Position numbers and translations under genes: made by a program. From NCBI GenBank assembly GCA_002269645.1, contig NIVC01001747.1, positions 264,386 through 328,385 of the forward strand: DNA of 64,000 bases. The letters are read 5' to 3'. This document shows, piece by piece, positions 1 through 10,198 of the stretch. Every line of letters starts with the position of its first letter. The first letter of the stretch is position 1. The notes under the pieces are model-generated. The model did not search any database. It saw only the letters and a program-made list of their open reading frames with translations, and was not told where the DNA came from. The stretch is from Macrostomum lignano (taxonomy: Eukaryota).

Positions 1-153
1 CAGCGAAAGCGGCGACTGCGGCAGCCGCAGCCTCCTGACCAGCTCGGATCGAATACTTGGCCAGCCGAACTCTGAACCAATGATTGATTTTCGAGCTCAC
101 GACCTGTTCTATCTGGCAGTGCAGTATGTGCCCGTGAAAGGTCGGCCGCACCT
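1..153 (+). CDS. Internal coding exon (5'-truncated) of an unidentified spliced gene ('gene 1')
   Basis: Frame 2 is open (SESGDCGSR...DLFYLAVQYVPVKGRPH) and ends at a strong donor CT|GTAAGT (154). Phase 2 matches the acceptor at 680, giving ...GRPHLLFQKYLMV. Confidence 0.7.
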
Positions 154-265
154 GTAAGTGAAGTTTCGTATCCTGAAAGTACATTGCCGCACAACTAGCG
201 CTGAATCTTAAGCGCCTTAGAAGGGCCATAGTGTTCACAGGCACGCCCCCGGTCAATTTAAGGTG

Positions 266-574
266 AGGGGTTGTAAGCCCAGTGGTCAGAGCGTCAGACT
301 CACGACTCACGACGGTCGGGGGTTCGATTCTCGATCCACTCGGAACAATTTGTGTCCTTGAGCAAGACACTTGACTCTGCATTGCTTCAGTTCACTCAGC
401 TGTAAAATGGGTGCCAGCATTAGCTGGGGTAATTGAGGGTGTGTGGCGACCCTCCCAGTCCTTGGACTGAACAGCCGTACGCAGCCTTCAGATGCGCCTC
501 GCAATAGCTGCGGCTGAGCTGTCGGTTGCACATCTGCCCATTGGGGCAAGTATAATCAATAATAATTATTAGTA
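266..574 (+). mobile_element. tRNA-derived CORE-SINE (MIR-like core) in an intron
   Basis: A-box-like AGCCCAGTGGTCAGAGCG (~276-293) and B-box GGTTCGATTC (321-330). The central TGTGTCCTTGAGCAAGACACTT...CTCAGCTGTAAAATGGG (351-411) resembles the MIR/CORE consensus. AT-rich (AAT/ATT) tail; 8-bp TSD TTAAGGTG at 258-265 and 575-582. Confidence 0.85.
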
Positions 575-680
575 TTAAGGTGTCAAATGGAGCTCAAAAG
601 CGTTAGTTAAAGTACATGAACTTCAGAAGGCGCAAGATGCACTAAAAATGTGCACATGGCCTTACTATAAACAATTTCAG

Positions 681-1008
681 CTTATTTCAAAAATACCTGA
701 TGGTCTCCAAAAAGCAGACTGAGCAGCAAACGCAGAAGCAGCAGCAACCGAATTCTGAAGAAGCATTGTTGCCAATTGACAAACTGTTGACAATAATCGA
801 TATGAAAATTTATCGCAGCAGCAACCGGGAATTGATTGGCAGTCTGTCCCGTTGCGTTGAACTTCCCAACGCTCTGCCCAGTCTGCGAGTGCCCGGACTG
901 ACTCGAAGTGTTGAAACTGCAGCGGCTGGCGCTTCTAGCAGTGTGTTCTCGCTGGCTAACATTGTGACCGAGCGACTGGTGCAGGAGGCGAACAGTACAG
1001 CCGTTGGG
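681..1008 (+). CDS. Coding exon of gene 1
   Basis: Acceptor TTTCAG| at 680, in frame with ORF 700-1029. Proposed donor GGG|GTGTGT at 1009 (phase 0); unspliced read-through hits TAG at 1027-1029. Confidence 0.7.
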
Positions 1009-2405
1009 GTGTGTGCCACTGTCTCTTAGGTGACCGCCCCTGTCTCTTAGGTGACCACCTCTGTCTCTTAGGTGACCGCGCCTGTCTCTTAGGTGACCAC
1101 CCCTGTCTCTTAGGTGACCACCCCTGTCTCTTAGGTGACCGCCCGGCCCTGTCTCGTAGGTGACCATCTCTGTCTCTTAGGTGACCGCCCTTGTCTCTTA
1201 GGTGACCACCCCTGTCTCTTAGGTGACCACCCCTGTCTCTTAGGTGACCGCCCTTGTCTCTTAGGTGACCACCCCTGTCTCTTAGGTGACCGCCCTTGTC
1301 TCTTAGGTGACCGCGCCTGTCTCTTAGGTGACCACCCCTGTCTCTTAGGTGACCACCCCTGTCTCTTAGGTGACCGCCCGGCCCTGTCTCTTAGGTGACC
1401 ATCTCTGTCTCTTAGGTGACCGCCCTTGTCTCTTAGGTGACCGCCCTTGTCTCTTAGGTGACCACCCCTGTCTCTTAGGTGACCGCCCTTGTCTCTTAGG
1501 TGACCGCCCAGCCCTGTCTCTTAGGTGACCACCCCTGTCTCTTAGGTGACCGCCCCTGTCTCTTAAGTGACCGCCCCTGTCTCTTAGGTGACCGCCCCTG
1601 TCTCTTAGGTGACCGCCATTGTCTCCTAAGTGACCGCCCCTGTCTCTTAGGTGACCACCCCTGTCTCTTAGGTGACCGCCCTTGTCTCTTAGGTGACCGC
1701 CCGGCTCTGTCTCTTAGGTGACCGCCCGGCCCTGTCTCTTAGGTGACCACCCCTGTCTCTTAGGTGACCGCCCTTGTCTCTTAGGTGACCACCCCTGTCT
1801 CTTAGGTGACCACCCCTGTCTCTTAGGTGACCACCCCTGTCTCTTAGGTGACCATCTCTGTCTCTTAGGTGACCGCCCTTGTCTCTTAGGTGACCACCCC
1901 TGTCTCTTAGGTGACCACCCCTGTCTCTTAGGTGACCACCCTTGTCTCTTAGGTGACCGCCCGGCTCTGTCTCTTAGGTGACCGCCCGGCCCTGTCTCTT
2001 AGGTGACCACCCCTGTCTCTTAGGTGACCGCCCGGCCCTGTCTCTTAGGTGACCACCCCTGTCTCTTAGGTGACCATCTCTGTCTCTTAGGTGACCGCCC
2101 TTGTCTCTTAGGTGACCACCCCTGTCTCTTAGGTGACCACCCCTGTCTCTTAGGTGACCATCTCTGTCTCTTAGGTGACCGCCCTTGTCTCTTAGGTGAC
2201 CACCCCTGTCTCTTAGGTGACCGCCCCTGTCTCTTAGGTGACCGCCATTGTCTCTTAAGTGACCGCCCCTGTCTCTTAGGTGACCACCCCTGTCTCTTAG
2301 GTGACCGCCATTGTCTCCTAAGTGACCGCCCCTGTCTCTTAGGTGACCGCCCCTGTCTCTTAAGTGACCGCCCCTGTCTCTTAGGTGACCGCCGCTGTCT
2401 CTTCG
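1009..2405 (+). repeat. 21-bp minisatellite GTGACC(A/G)CCCCTGTCTCTTAG, about 65 units (some 25-bp variants)
   Basis: Direct reading. Units begin GT and end AG; first unit 1009-1029, last (TCG-ending) unit 2385-2405. Confidence 0.97.
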
Positions 2406-2428
2406 GTGGGCACCTTTTCTCTTGATAG
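2385..2428 (+). CDS. Candidate 44-nt exon of gene 1 (VTAAVSSVGTFSLD)
   Basis: Preceded by CTCTTAG and followed by donor AG|GTATGT (2429); in frame with exon 681-1008. It ends in phase 2 while the next exon needs phase 0, so a 1-nt error or exon skipping is required. Confidence 0.45.
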
Positions 2429-2487
2429 GTATGTAAACTCGTTAATACCCTGTTCAAGGGGTTGGTAACTAGAAAACTTCCATAAAA

Positions 2488-2720
2488 GTGTCTCTAGACC
2501 ATATTGATCATGCAGGAGTATTTTAAGAGTAGGACTGTGTCTCTAGACTACGAGTGTCTTTCGACAATAGACTACGAGTGTCTCGAGACCATAGAACAAG
2601 GAGTGTCCTTAGACTATAGATTAGGAGTGTCTATAGATCATAGATCAGTAGTGTCTCTAGACTACAGAACAGGAGTGTCTCTAGACCATAGATCAGGACT
2701 GTCTCTAGATCATAGAGCAG
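2488..2720 (+). repeat. Degenerate ~23-bp tandem repeat (GTGTCTCTAGACCATAGAACAGGA-like)
   Basis: Recurrent GTGTCTCTAGA(C/T) cores. Confidence 0.7.
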
Positions 2721-2838
2721 AAGTTTATCAGAGCAGAAGCGTCTTATGAAGCTTCCCTGTTCTTAGAGTTCTTAGATAGTTTAAGAACTGACACAGTGTA
2801 TCAATTAACAATAATTCCCGTAATTATCCCCTCAAAAG

Positions 2839-3144
2839 ATCCCCGGCTTCCATTCAATCTTCTTCGGCGTGTACAGTGTCCACCCTGGCGGCAAGTTTCG
2901 ACTTGTGTCGCGTCGAGTCCAACCAATCAGCAACAGTGACGCAGTCGGCGACTTCCTTGCCGAGGGTCTGATCACCACGGACCATCGCACGGAGACCTGG
3001 ACTGAGCCCAACCAGCTTCACCTGGTCTTCCCGGCTCCTCCGATTGCCACCAGACGGGAGAGTCTTCTGCGCCAGAAGTTGCAACAACAGCAACAGCAAA
3101 AGCAACAGTTTCAAGCGTCGAGACTGCAGCAACCAATGAAGTAG
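2839..3144 (+). CDS. Terminal coding exon of gene 1 (IPGFHSIFFGVYSVH...QKLQQQQQQKQQFQASRLQQPMK*)
   Basis: Acceptor CAAAAG| at 2838, open frame with many C-ending codons, polyQ, stop TAG at 3142-3144, AT-rich sequence after. Family not recognised. Confidence 0.65.
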   Translation: MPGFHSIFFGVYSVHPGGKFRLVSRRVQPISNSDAVGDFLAEGLITTDHRTETWTEPNQLHLVFPAPPIATRRESLLRQKLQQQQQQKQQFQASRLQQPMK

Positions 3145-3949
3145 TTAAGACAAATGCGATTGAACTGACGTGCAATAACGGTACGGTTTTTCCCCGCAAA
3201 GTTTTTGATTTAAAAAAACTCATTTAAAAATGTTTTTTGTTACATTTTTTTATAAAAATGATACTGAGTACTTTTATTGAATATGTCCAGAGACAGAGAG
3301 AGAAAAGTGCCGCTAAACTATGCTTTAAATAGATTCTAATGCACTTTTCTGCCGAAACTCAGAAAGGACGTAATGTCCTTTGTTGCCTTGCTTTGTGAAC
3401 AAAATTGCTTAATTTTTACTGCTGGGAAAACGCTTACATCTTTACTGTAAGTAGAAATGTACAAAAATTGTAGCATCTTTTCTCATTGTTTTGAAAGAAA
3501 GGGAAACTGTTTGCTTTTAAAAAGAAAACTCCAATCAGATTCTAATATCGACTTAATTTTCGATTTATTTACAAATTTTTTGTTAAAACTATGTTAGCTA
3601 AAAACGAGAGTGGCTGTTGGAAAAAAGAATTAATGCTAAGTCAACATGAGATTATAAGATATAGTAATGAAAATATTTTGCTCTGAAATGCAAAACCTGA
3701 CAAGATGTAGAAATAATAATGCGATCTGCTTTGCAGTGAAAATCAGCTAAATTAATATTGAAAATTTACAATAGCAACGGGTATTGTTCGAACCCGGTCG
3801 GAACTCAGTATGTTATCTAAGAAGAATTCAAGGTGCTGCATGTACTTTTAAATAAAAACTAACTAAAAGTCAAACATAACAAGCAAGAAATATTTGTTTT
3901 CGGCAATTCTTGTCTTAAGCGCTAAACCGTGAGCAAACCCAATTATTAG

Positions 3950-4325
3950 AGAGCCAGGTGCCAGAGTGGCGCCAACCCAGGTGTCAGAGTAGCACCACCC
4001 CAAGTGTCAGAGTGGCACCACCCAGGTGTCAGAGTAGCACCAACCCAGGTGTCAGAGTAGCACCAACCCAGGTGTCAGAGTGGCACCAACCCAGGTATCA
4101 GGGAGGTGCCAAGCCAGGTGTCAGGGTGGCACCAACCCAGGTGTCAGAGTGGCACCAGCCTAGGTGTCAGAGTGGCACCAGCCCAGGTGTCAGAGTGGCA
4201 CCAGCCCAGGTGTCAGAGTGGCACCAGCCCAGGTGTCAGAGTGGCACCAACCCAGGTGTCAGGGTGGCACCAGCCCAGGTGTCAGAGTGGCACCAACCCA
4301 GGTGTCAGGTGTCAGGGTGGCGCCA
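3950..4325 (+). repeat. 23-bp minisatellite ACCCAGGTGTCAGAGTGGCACCA
   Basis: About 16 tandem units; explains ORFs 3958-4437 and 4106-4330. Confidence 0.95.
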
Positions 4326-4636
4326 AGTAAAAATAAATAAAGCACTAATACTAATAAAGAAACCAAACTACGAACTAATAAAGAAACCGTTTATAAAGTA
4401 CAGATGGTACTTTGGGCTGTTATTACACGGTGTCTAATACATAATTTTCATAGTTTAGACCCATATGTCTGATAAAAATGACAGATTCAAAGCTAAAAAT
4501 AATAATTCGTCCTTTTACTTCATCGCGAAATGGTCCGGGGCCATCAAAATTCCAAATTACGATGCATTTCGATAGTATAATAAGTAAAAAAATAAGTCAG
4601 GCATCCAAAGTTTTGTACTTGTAGAAGCTCACTAAA

Positions 4637-5443
4637 TCACCTACCAGACGAGTTCCTCGCCGAATCAATGGTAAATATATCGAAATTGGTCACTTTACCA
4701 ACATCGTTCTCAACAACCACGGCGAGCTCAGATTGCACTCGACTGTCGCTACGACTGGACAGTCTTAAATTGCTGCGGTGCCTCTGCGGACTCGACTGTT
4801 GGTCTCTGCTGGTTGGGCCGCTGTTCTCCTCAGGGAATTGTGTCTCATCCACGGCTTCGTTGTCGTAGTAGGCGTACCCGTCATCCAGGTGATGCTCCGT
4901 TGTTACAGCCGATGTTCCGGCTTCACCAGGGCTCGCAATGTACTGTTCTGACCGGTCTTTGACCAGGGATTTAATGCACAGAATCCCAGTAACCATGGCT
5001 AGCACGCTGATAACGCAGAACAGTATAATCTCGATGATGTCCGGCACAAGAGCCGGTACAATATTGAACCCGTGACGAAGACCGTTAAACAGCAGGTTCA
5101 ACAAGAAGCTGATGGTACATAGCAGGCAGCCAACAACAAATGTTGCAATGAACGACCATTTCAAGCCCCGTTTGGCCGCCACAATGGCAAATGAGCCGGT
5201 CAGGATGGCGCACAGAATCGGCAGAACGGAGCCGAGTACGCTGAATGCCGTCACACCGCAGGCCGATTCGTTAGTCTTGCAGAATTCCTGAGACTCACGG
5301 ATGCTCAGCAGAGCAACTGTGGCCGCCACACGCATCACAATACAGTTACCAGTCAGCACTAGGATGGCAATGCCTATGCGAAAGATGTGCCCAGCTGGGT
5401 AGGAGTTGTAGCTTAGACGTTCGTTGCCGTCTTTACAGCACAT
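4637..5443 (-). CDS. Intronless 268-aa four-transmembrane protein, CD20/MS4A/sarcospan-like topology
   Basis: ATG with upstream in-frame stop; four hydrophobic segments, Cys pair in the first loop, LTGSFAIVAAKR motif in TM2, polar C-tail with YAYYDNE. Family assignment rests on topology only. Confidence 0.7.
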   Translation of the reverse strand: MCCKDGNERLSYNSYPAGHIFRIGIAILVLTGNCIVMRVAATVALLSIRESQEFCKTNESACGVTAFSVLGSVLPILCAILTGSFAIVAAKRGLKWSFIATFVVGCLLCTISFLLNLLFNGLRHGFNIVPALVPDIIEIILFCVISVLAMVTGILCIKSLVKDRSEQYIASPGEAGTSAVTTEHHLDDGYAYYDNEAVDETQFPEENSGPTSRDQQSSPQRHRSNLRLSSRSDSRVQSELAVVVENDVGKVTNFDIFTIDSARNSSGR

Positions 5444-6379
5444 GGCATTGCTTGGTTATAGCGGTCTCGATGCTGTGCCGTGCTACTCGCTTTGCGTGTT
5501 GCCCATTTTTTATCTATGTGGATTTTCTTTCTTTTAAAGCTCCAGCGACCCTCCCTCCTCACTTCAGTCTCTATCTCTTTCCAAGCTTGCTCTGGCTGTA
5601 TTTGTTCATAGGTGTCTCCCGGCAACTCTGCATCAAAATATGCGCAAGCACCGCCTACAGCTCTCTCTCTCTTTCTCCTTTCTCTCTCTCTCTCTCTCGC
5701 TCTTTTTATTCAAAGTTGCATCGAACGAGCGAAGGCTTCGTCTTATACTCACAGCTAGCTGAAATCTATCTTTAATAAGAAGCTTAGACCTCCTACTGTC
5801 CTACCTTTCTATCTGTCTAAATTCTCTTTTTACTGAAGAAATTTGAACGCCACCCAGCCAACGGTGATTAGTTAATATCAAGCTCTCCGCGTCTGCACAA
5901 ACAGCCACCAAAAATAAGAGAGACAAAAATGAGCAGCCACTCTCGAGCCTCTCACGACTAGCTTGAAATCAAGCCAGCACAGACCCTTTAGTCTGAGCAA
6001 TGTGAACAATTTTAATGAGAAACTATTTTGATATTTTATAGTCCCATCTGTTTATCGTGTATGCCGCTCTGTCCTGCCATGGTAATGCTTGTTTTTGTTT
6101 TGGCCCTAGCCTAACGAAAAGTAGTTGCTGTGCGTGAGTGACAGCCACGGGTTTTCTGCGGTATTGACAGGTGTGCCCCAGTAAGAGGGGCCAGCGTTAA
6201 TTACGTTAGCTTTTTGTGCTAGAACTTTTCAGAAGGCTTCAAATGCCAAGGTATCTATTCTTGGAGAAACATCGGGTCTACTCCTAAGATGACAAAAAAT
6301 TCAAACAAAAAATTAATGAACTTCGTTATAAGGTGGTATGACAGTCTTAAATACTGAGGCGTAGCTATGGTCAGAGAAG

Positions 6380-7522
6380 TTAAGTAGAAAGACGGGTAGG
6401 GTGAGAGGTAGGTGAGAGAGGTAGGGCGAGAGGGGTAGGTTGAGGGAGGTAGGTGAGAGAGGTAGGGCGAGAGGGGTAGGTTGAGGGAGGTAGGTGAGAG
6501 AGGTAGGGCGAGAGGGGTAGGTTGAAAGAGGTAGGGTGAGGGAGGTAGGGCGAGAGAGGTAGGGTGAGAGAGGTAGGTGAGAGAGGTAGGGTAAGAGAGG
6601 TAAGAGAGGTAGCGTGAGAGAGGTAGGGTGAGAGAGGTAGGTGAGAGAGATAGGGTAAGAGAGGTAGGGTGAGAGAGGTTGGGTGAGAGAGGTAGGGTGA
6701 GAGGTAGGGTAAGAGAGGTAGAGTGAGAGAGGTACAGTAATTAGTGGAAGAGGTCGGTGATAAAGGTAGGTCAAGAGAAGTAAAGTGAGAGGTAGGATAA
6801 GATAAGATCCTTCTCTCTCCTTATCTCTCCTTCCCTCTCCTTATCTCTCCTTCCCTCTCCTTATCTCTCCTTCCCTCTCCTCTCTCCTTCTCTCTCCTTC
6901 TTTCTCCTTCTCTCTCCTCTCTCCTTCTCTCTCCTTCTTTCTCCTTCTTTCTCCTTCTTTCTCCTTCTTTCTCCTTCCCTCTCCTTATCTCTCCTTCCCT
7001 CTCCTTATCTCTCCTTCCCTCTCCTTATCTCTCCTTCCCTCTCCTCTCTCCTTCCCTCTCCTTATCTCTCCTTCCCTCTCCTTATCTCTCCTTCCCTCTC
7101 CTTATCTCTCCTTCTCTCTCCTTCTTTCTCCTTCTCTCTCCTCTCTCCTTCTCTCTCCTTCTTTCTCCTTCTTTCTCCTTCTTTCTCCTTCTCTCTCCTT
7201 TCTCCTTCCCTCTCCTCTCTCCTTCCCTCTCCTCTCTCCTTCCCTCTCCTCTCTCTCGTTCTCTCTCTATTTCTCTCTCGTTCTCTCTCTATTTCTCTCT
7301 CTTCTCTCTCTATTTCTCTCTCGTTCTCTCTCTATTTCTCTCTCGTTCTCTCTCCTTCCCTCTCCCCTCTCCTTCCCTCTCCTCTCTCCTTCTCTCTCCT
7401 TCCCTCTCCCCTCTCCTTCCCTCTCCTCTCTCCTTCCCTCTCCTCTCTCCTTCTCTCTCCTTCTCTCTCCCTCTCTCTCCTTCTCTCTCCTTCTCTCTCC
7501 TTCCCTCTCCTCTCTCTCTCCT
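6380..7522. repeat. Purine-rich GAGAGAGGTAGGGT-type repeat (6380-6800) followed by CT-rich CTCTCCTTCC-type repeat (6810-7522)
   Basis: Direct reading; source of low-complexity ORFs 6313-6774 and 7267-7584. Confidence 0.9.
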
Positions 7523-7955
7523 TGTTTCGTATCAAAGAAACGCTTCAATATTTTGGCCCTTTTGATTTTCCATTTGATTTTCAATGGCCAGACATCATTA
7601 AAAATAAATCAAGATTATATATATTAAATAACTATCAAGTATGCTTAAAATCTCGTTCATAAGGTGCTACTATAAAGGAAAAAGTAGCATAGTCAAGGAA
7701 GATATGGATTCCTGGGCCATCCCATCCCCATTGGCCCAGCCAATAGGAGCGTGTTTTGTTGTGGTTCTTTCGAGAGTCTTTGCTCCCACGGTTACTTTAT
7801 ATTTCTTTTGGCTTAAATTGCCAGCTTTGTCTTTTTACATATAAATCTTATTTAACGTACAGTGTGGCTCACATTAAGTCATAGACATGGACAAGTCTGC
7901 TGTGGCCGATAAATAAAACTAAATCCACAGCACTTTTATGAGACAGTCCTCAGAG

Positions 7956-10040
7956 TCAAACCCAATAGTTTACTCGCGGCTTCTGAGCGAGCCGAGTACT
8001 TTGTCGTAGCGATACAGTTGGTGTGGGCTGCTCTTGCATGCTCTGCTCCGTTCCGGTCAACTCGGTCGGGCTGTCAACAGCTTCAGGAGGTTTTGCTGGA
8101 GGTTCTTGTACTGCGGCTGATTCTTGCTTAAATTCCGTCTCCTCGACAGCCGCATCTTTCCCCTGGACCGGGTAGAGTCGCAACTGATCACGATGGGCCT
8201 TCTTGCACTGTCCATCGGCTAACCTGACCACCGCGGTGGTGCTTCCGGTTGGAAAAACAATCTTGGCCAGAGCAGCGGTGTTGCCCGCCTTGTACACCAC
8301 GTCGTCACCTGAAGACCCACAGGAACTGAGTAGAGGTACTCGAATGGTCCTGCCCATCAGCTTCTCTGTCGGCGTGACTCCAAGCTTTCCACGTGTGGCT
8401 CGTTAGAACAGCAGAAACCGATCTAGATTTTGTTGACTCAGTCCAGTGGCTCGCATCGCCTCCTTCACTGTTCGGACGAACCTTTCTGCGAGCCCGTTGC
8501 TTTGCGGGTGGTATGGCGGGGTTGTTACATGCTGGCAACCAACACTCTTCAGCCTATTGGTTGTCTCAGCAGATACAAAACTGCGTCCATTGTCAGTCAC
8601 CAGAGTCCTGGGAATTCCGAGCTGCGAAAAAGTTCGTCGTAGCCGAGACACCACTGTGGCTGATTCCATGTCGTTAGTCAGATGGACTTCTGGGTAGCTT
8701 GAGAAAGAATCTACCAACACCAATAGGTACTGGCCATTTATTGGTCCTGCAGAGTCTGCATGTATACGATCCCACGGCTCTGTAGTATCTGGCCAGGAAC
8801 TGAGGTGATTCCGGTTGCTTGATTTGACCATCTTGCACATTGTACACCTGCTGATGTAGTCCATGACTTCCTTGTCCAAAGCTGGCCACCAGTATTGTGA
8901 GCGTATTAAAGACTTAGTCCTTTCCATGCCCAGGTGCGTCGAATGAGCTTCCTCCATGATCGTTTGTCTCAACGCACGCGGTGGAACTACTCTCAATCCT
9001 CTAATCACCAGTCCGTCTTCCATAGTTAGTTCGCTGGACACCATCTTGTAAGGCCGTAGGTCCTGGTGGTTGAAATTTCCAGTTCGGATCGCTTCTTGGA
9101 GTGGTTGTAACTCCGGACATTGCTTGGACTGAATCCGCAATTGCTCAATAGTTGAAGTCGGGTGAGCCAGTTCAATACTACCAATGCTGAGTGTTTGCCC
9201 CTGTCCGGGTCCAAGAAGTCGAGACTGATACTGATACTGATACTCGTGCCGGTAACTCTTGGTCTGGTCCAAATACAAAAGTGAGCGGACGATTGTCGGT
9301 TATCAAAGCGAAATGCCTCCCTGCCGCCCCGTGTATAGTTGACACTGAATCGGGATTTTCTTGTCCTCGTGCACAAACTGTAGTGTGACGCAGATGGCAT
9401 CCTGAGTCGGGCCTGTAATTGCTCCAATTGTGAACAGGTCGCTCATCGCTGGGTTGTGAACAGGTCCATTCATCGCTGGGGACTTGCTGGACACAAACTG
9501 CACTGAGTCGACGCGGCCTGCAGCGTCTGTCTTCGTCCGACACACCTTTTGAAAATGATTCAGCTTGCCGCACTTGCGACAAGTCTTCCCAGTTGCCGGG
9601 CACTGCATTTTTCCATGCGATGACCCACATCGAGGACAAGTGGTGCTAGTGCTACGTTTGAACTTGCCGCGACTTTGCCCTTTCGACGATTGTCCTTTTG
9701 ACTTGAGCACGCCGATCTTTATGACGGCCGTACTCTCTCCTTTTGGTGCGCACTTCATGATCTCCGTGGCTATTAAGGTGGAATGAGCCTCCGCCTCGGC
9801 AACCGCGTCCTTGAAGTTCAAGCTATGATGGTCCTTGACCAAAAGCTTGCCTACGATCTGTTGATCCATCAGACCGCAGATAAGTTGGTCCCGCAGGCGC
9901 TCGTCCTTGTTATCGAATTTGCATTTCTCCGCCGCCCGCAAAAGCCGTTCAGCGAACGCCCGCACTGACTCTCCAGGCGTGCGCGTGCACTATTGGAACG
10001 TGTACTGTTCAGCCAATACAAAGGTTGCCGGTACTGTAGT
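7956..10040 (-). mobile_element. Degenerate Ty3/Gypsy (Mag-like) LTR retrotransposon, internally deleted gag-pol
   Basis: Gag ERLRDQLICGL and two Zn knuckles (CPRCGSSHGKMQC; CRKCGKLNHFQKVC); protease start (QLYTG for LDTG); RNase H tail (GRHFALITDNRPL); integrase HHCC (HSTH...CTMC) and D,D35E core (HADSAGP, VTDNG, AERFVRTVK). RT is absent; in-frame stops and frameshifts; no LTRs recognised. Confidence 0.92.
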
Positions 10041-10198
10041 AGGGCATTATTTTAGGAACGGGAACTAGTTGCGGGGAAATATGCTTTTTGCCTACTATCA
10101 GTAGTTTCAACCCGGGGAAATAATTAGAGCTATTACCCCTATTAGGGGTAAATCGCTAGTTTTGGGGTTTCTCCAGAACTACAGAGCAGTTGGGCTCT

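Noticed and set aside
3786-3794. Isolated tRNA B-box-like GTTCGAACC
   Set aside because: No A box or cloverleaf.
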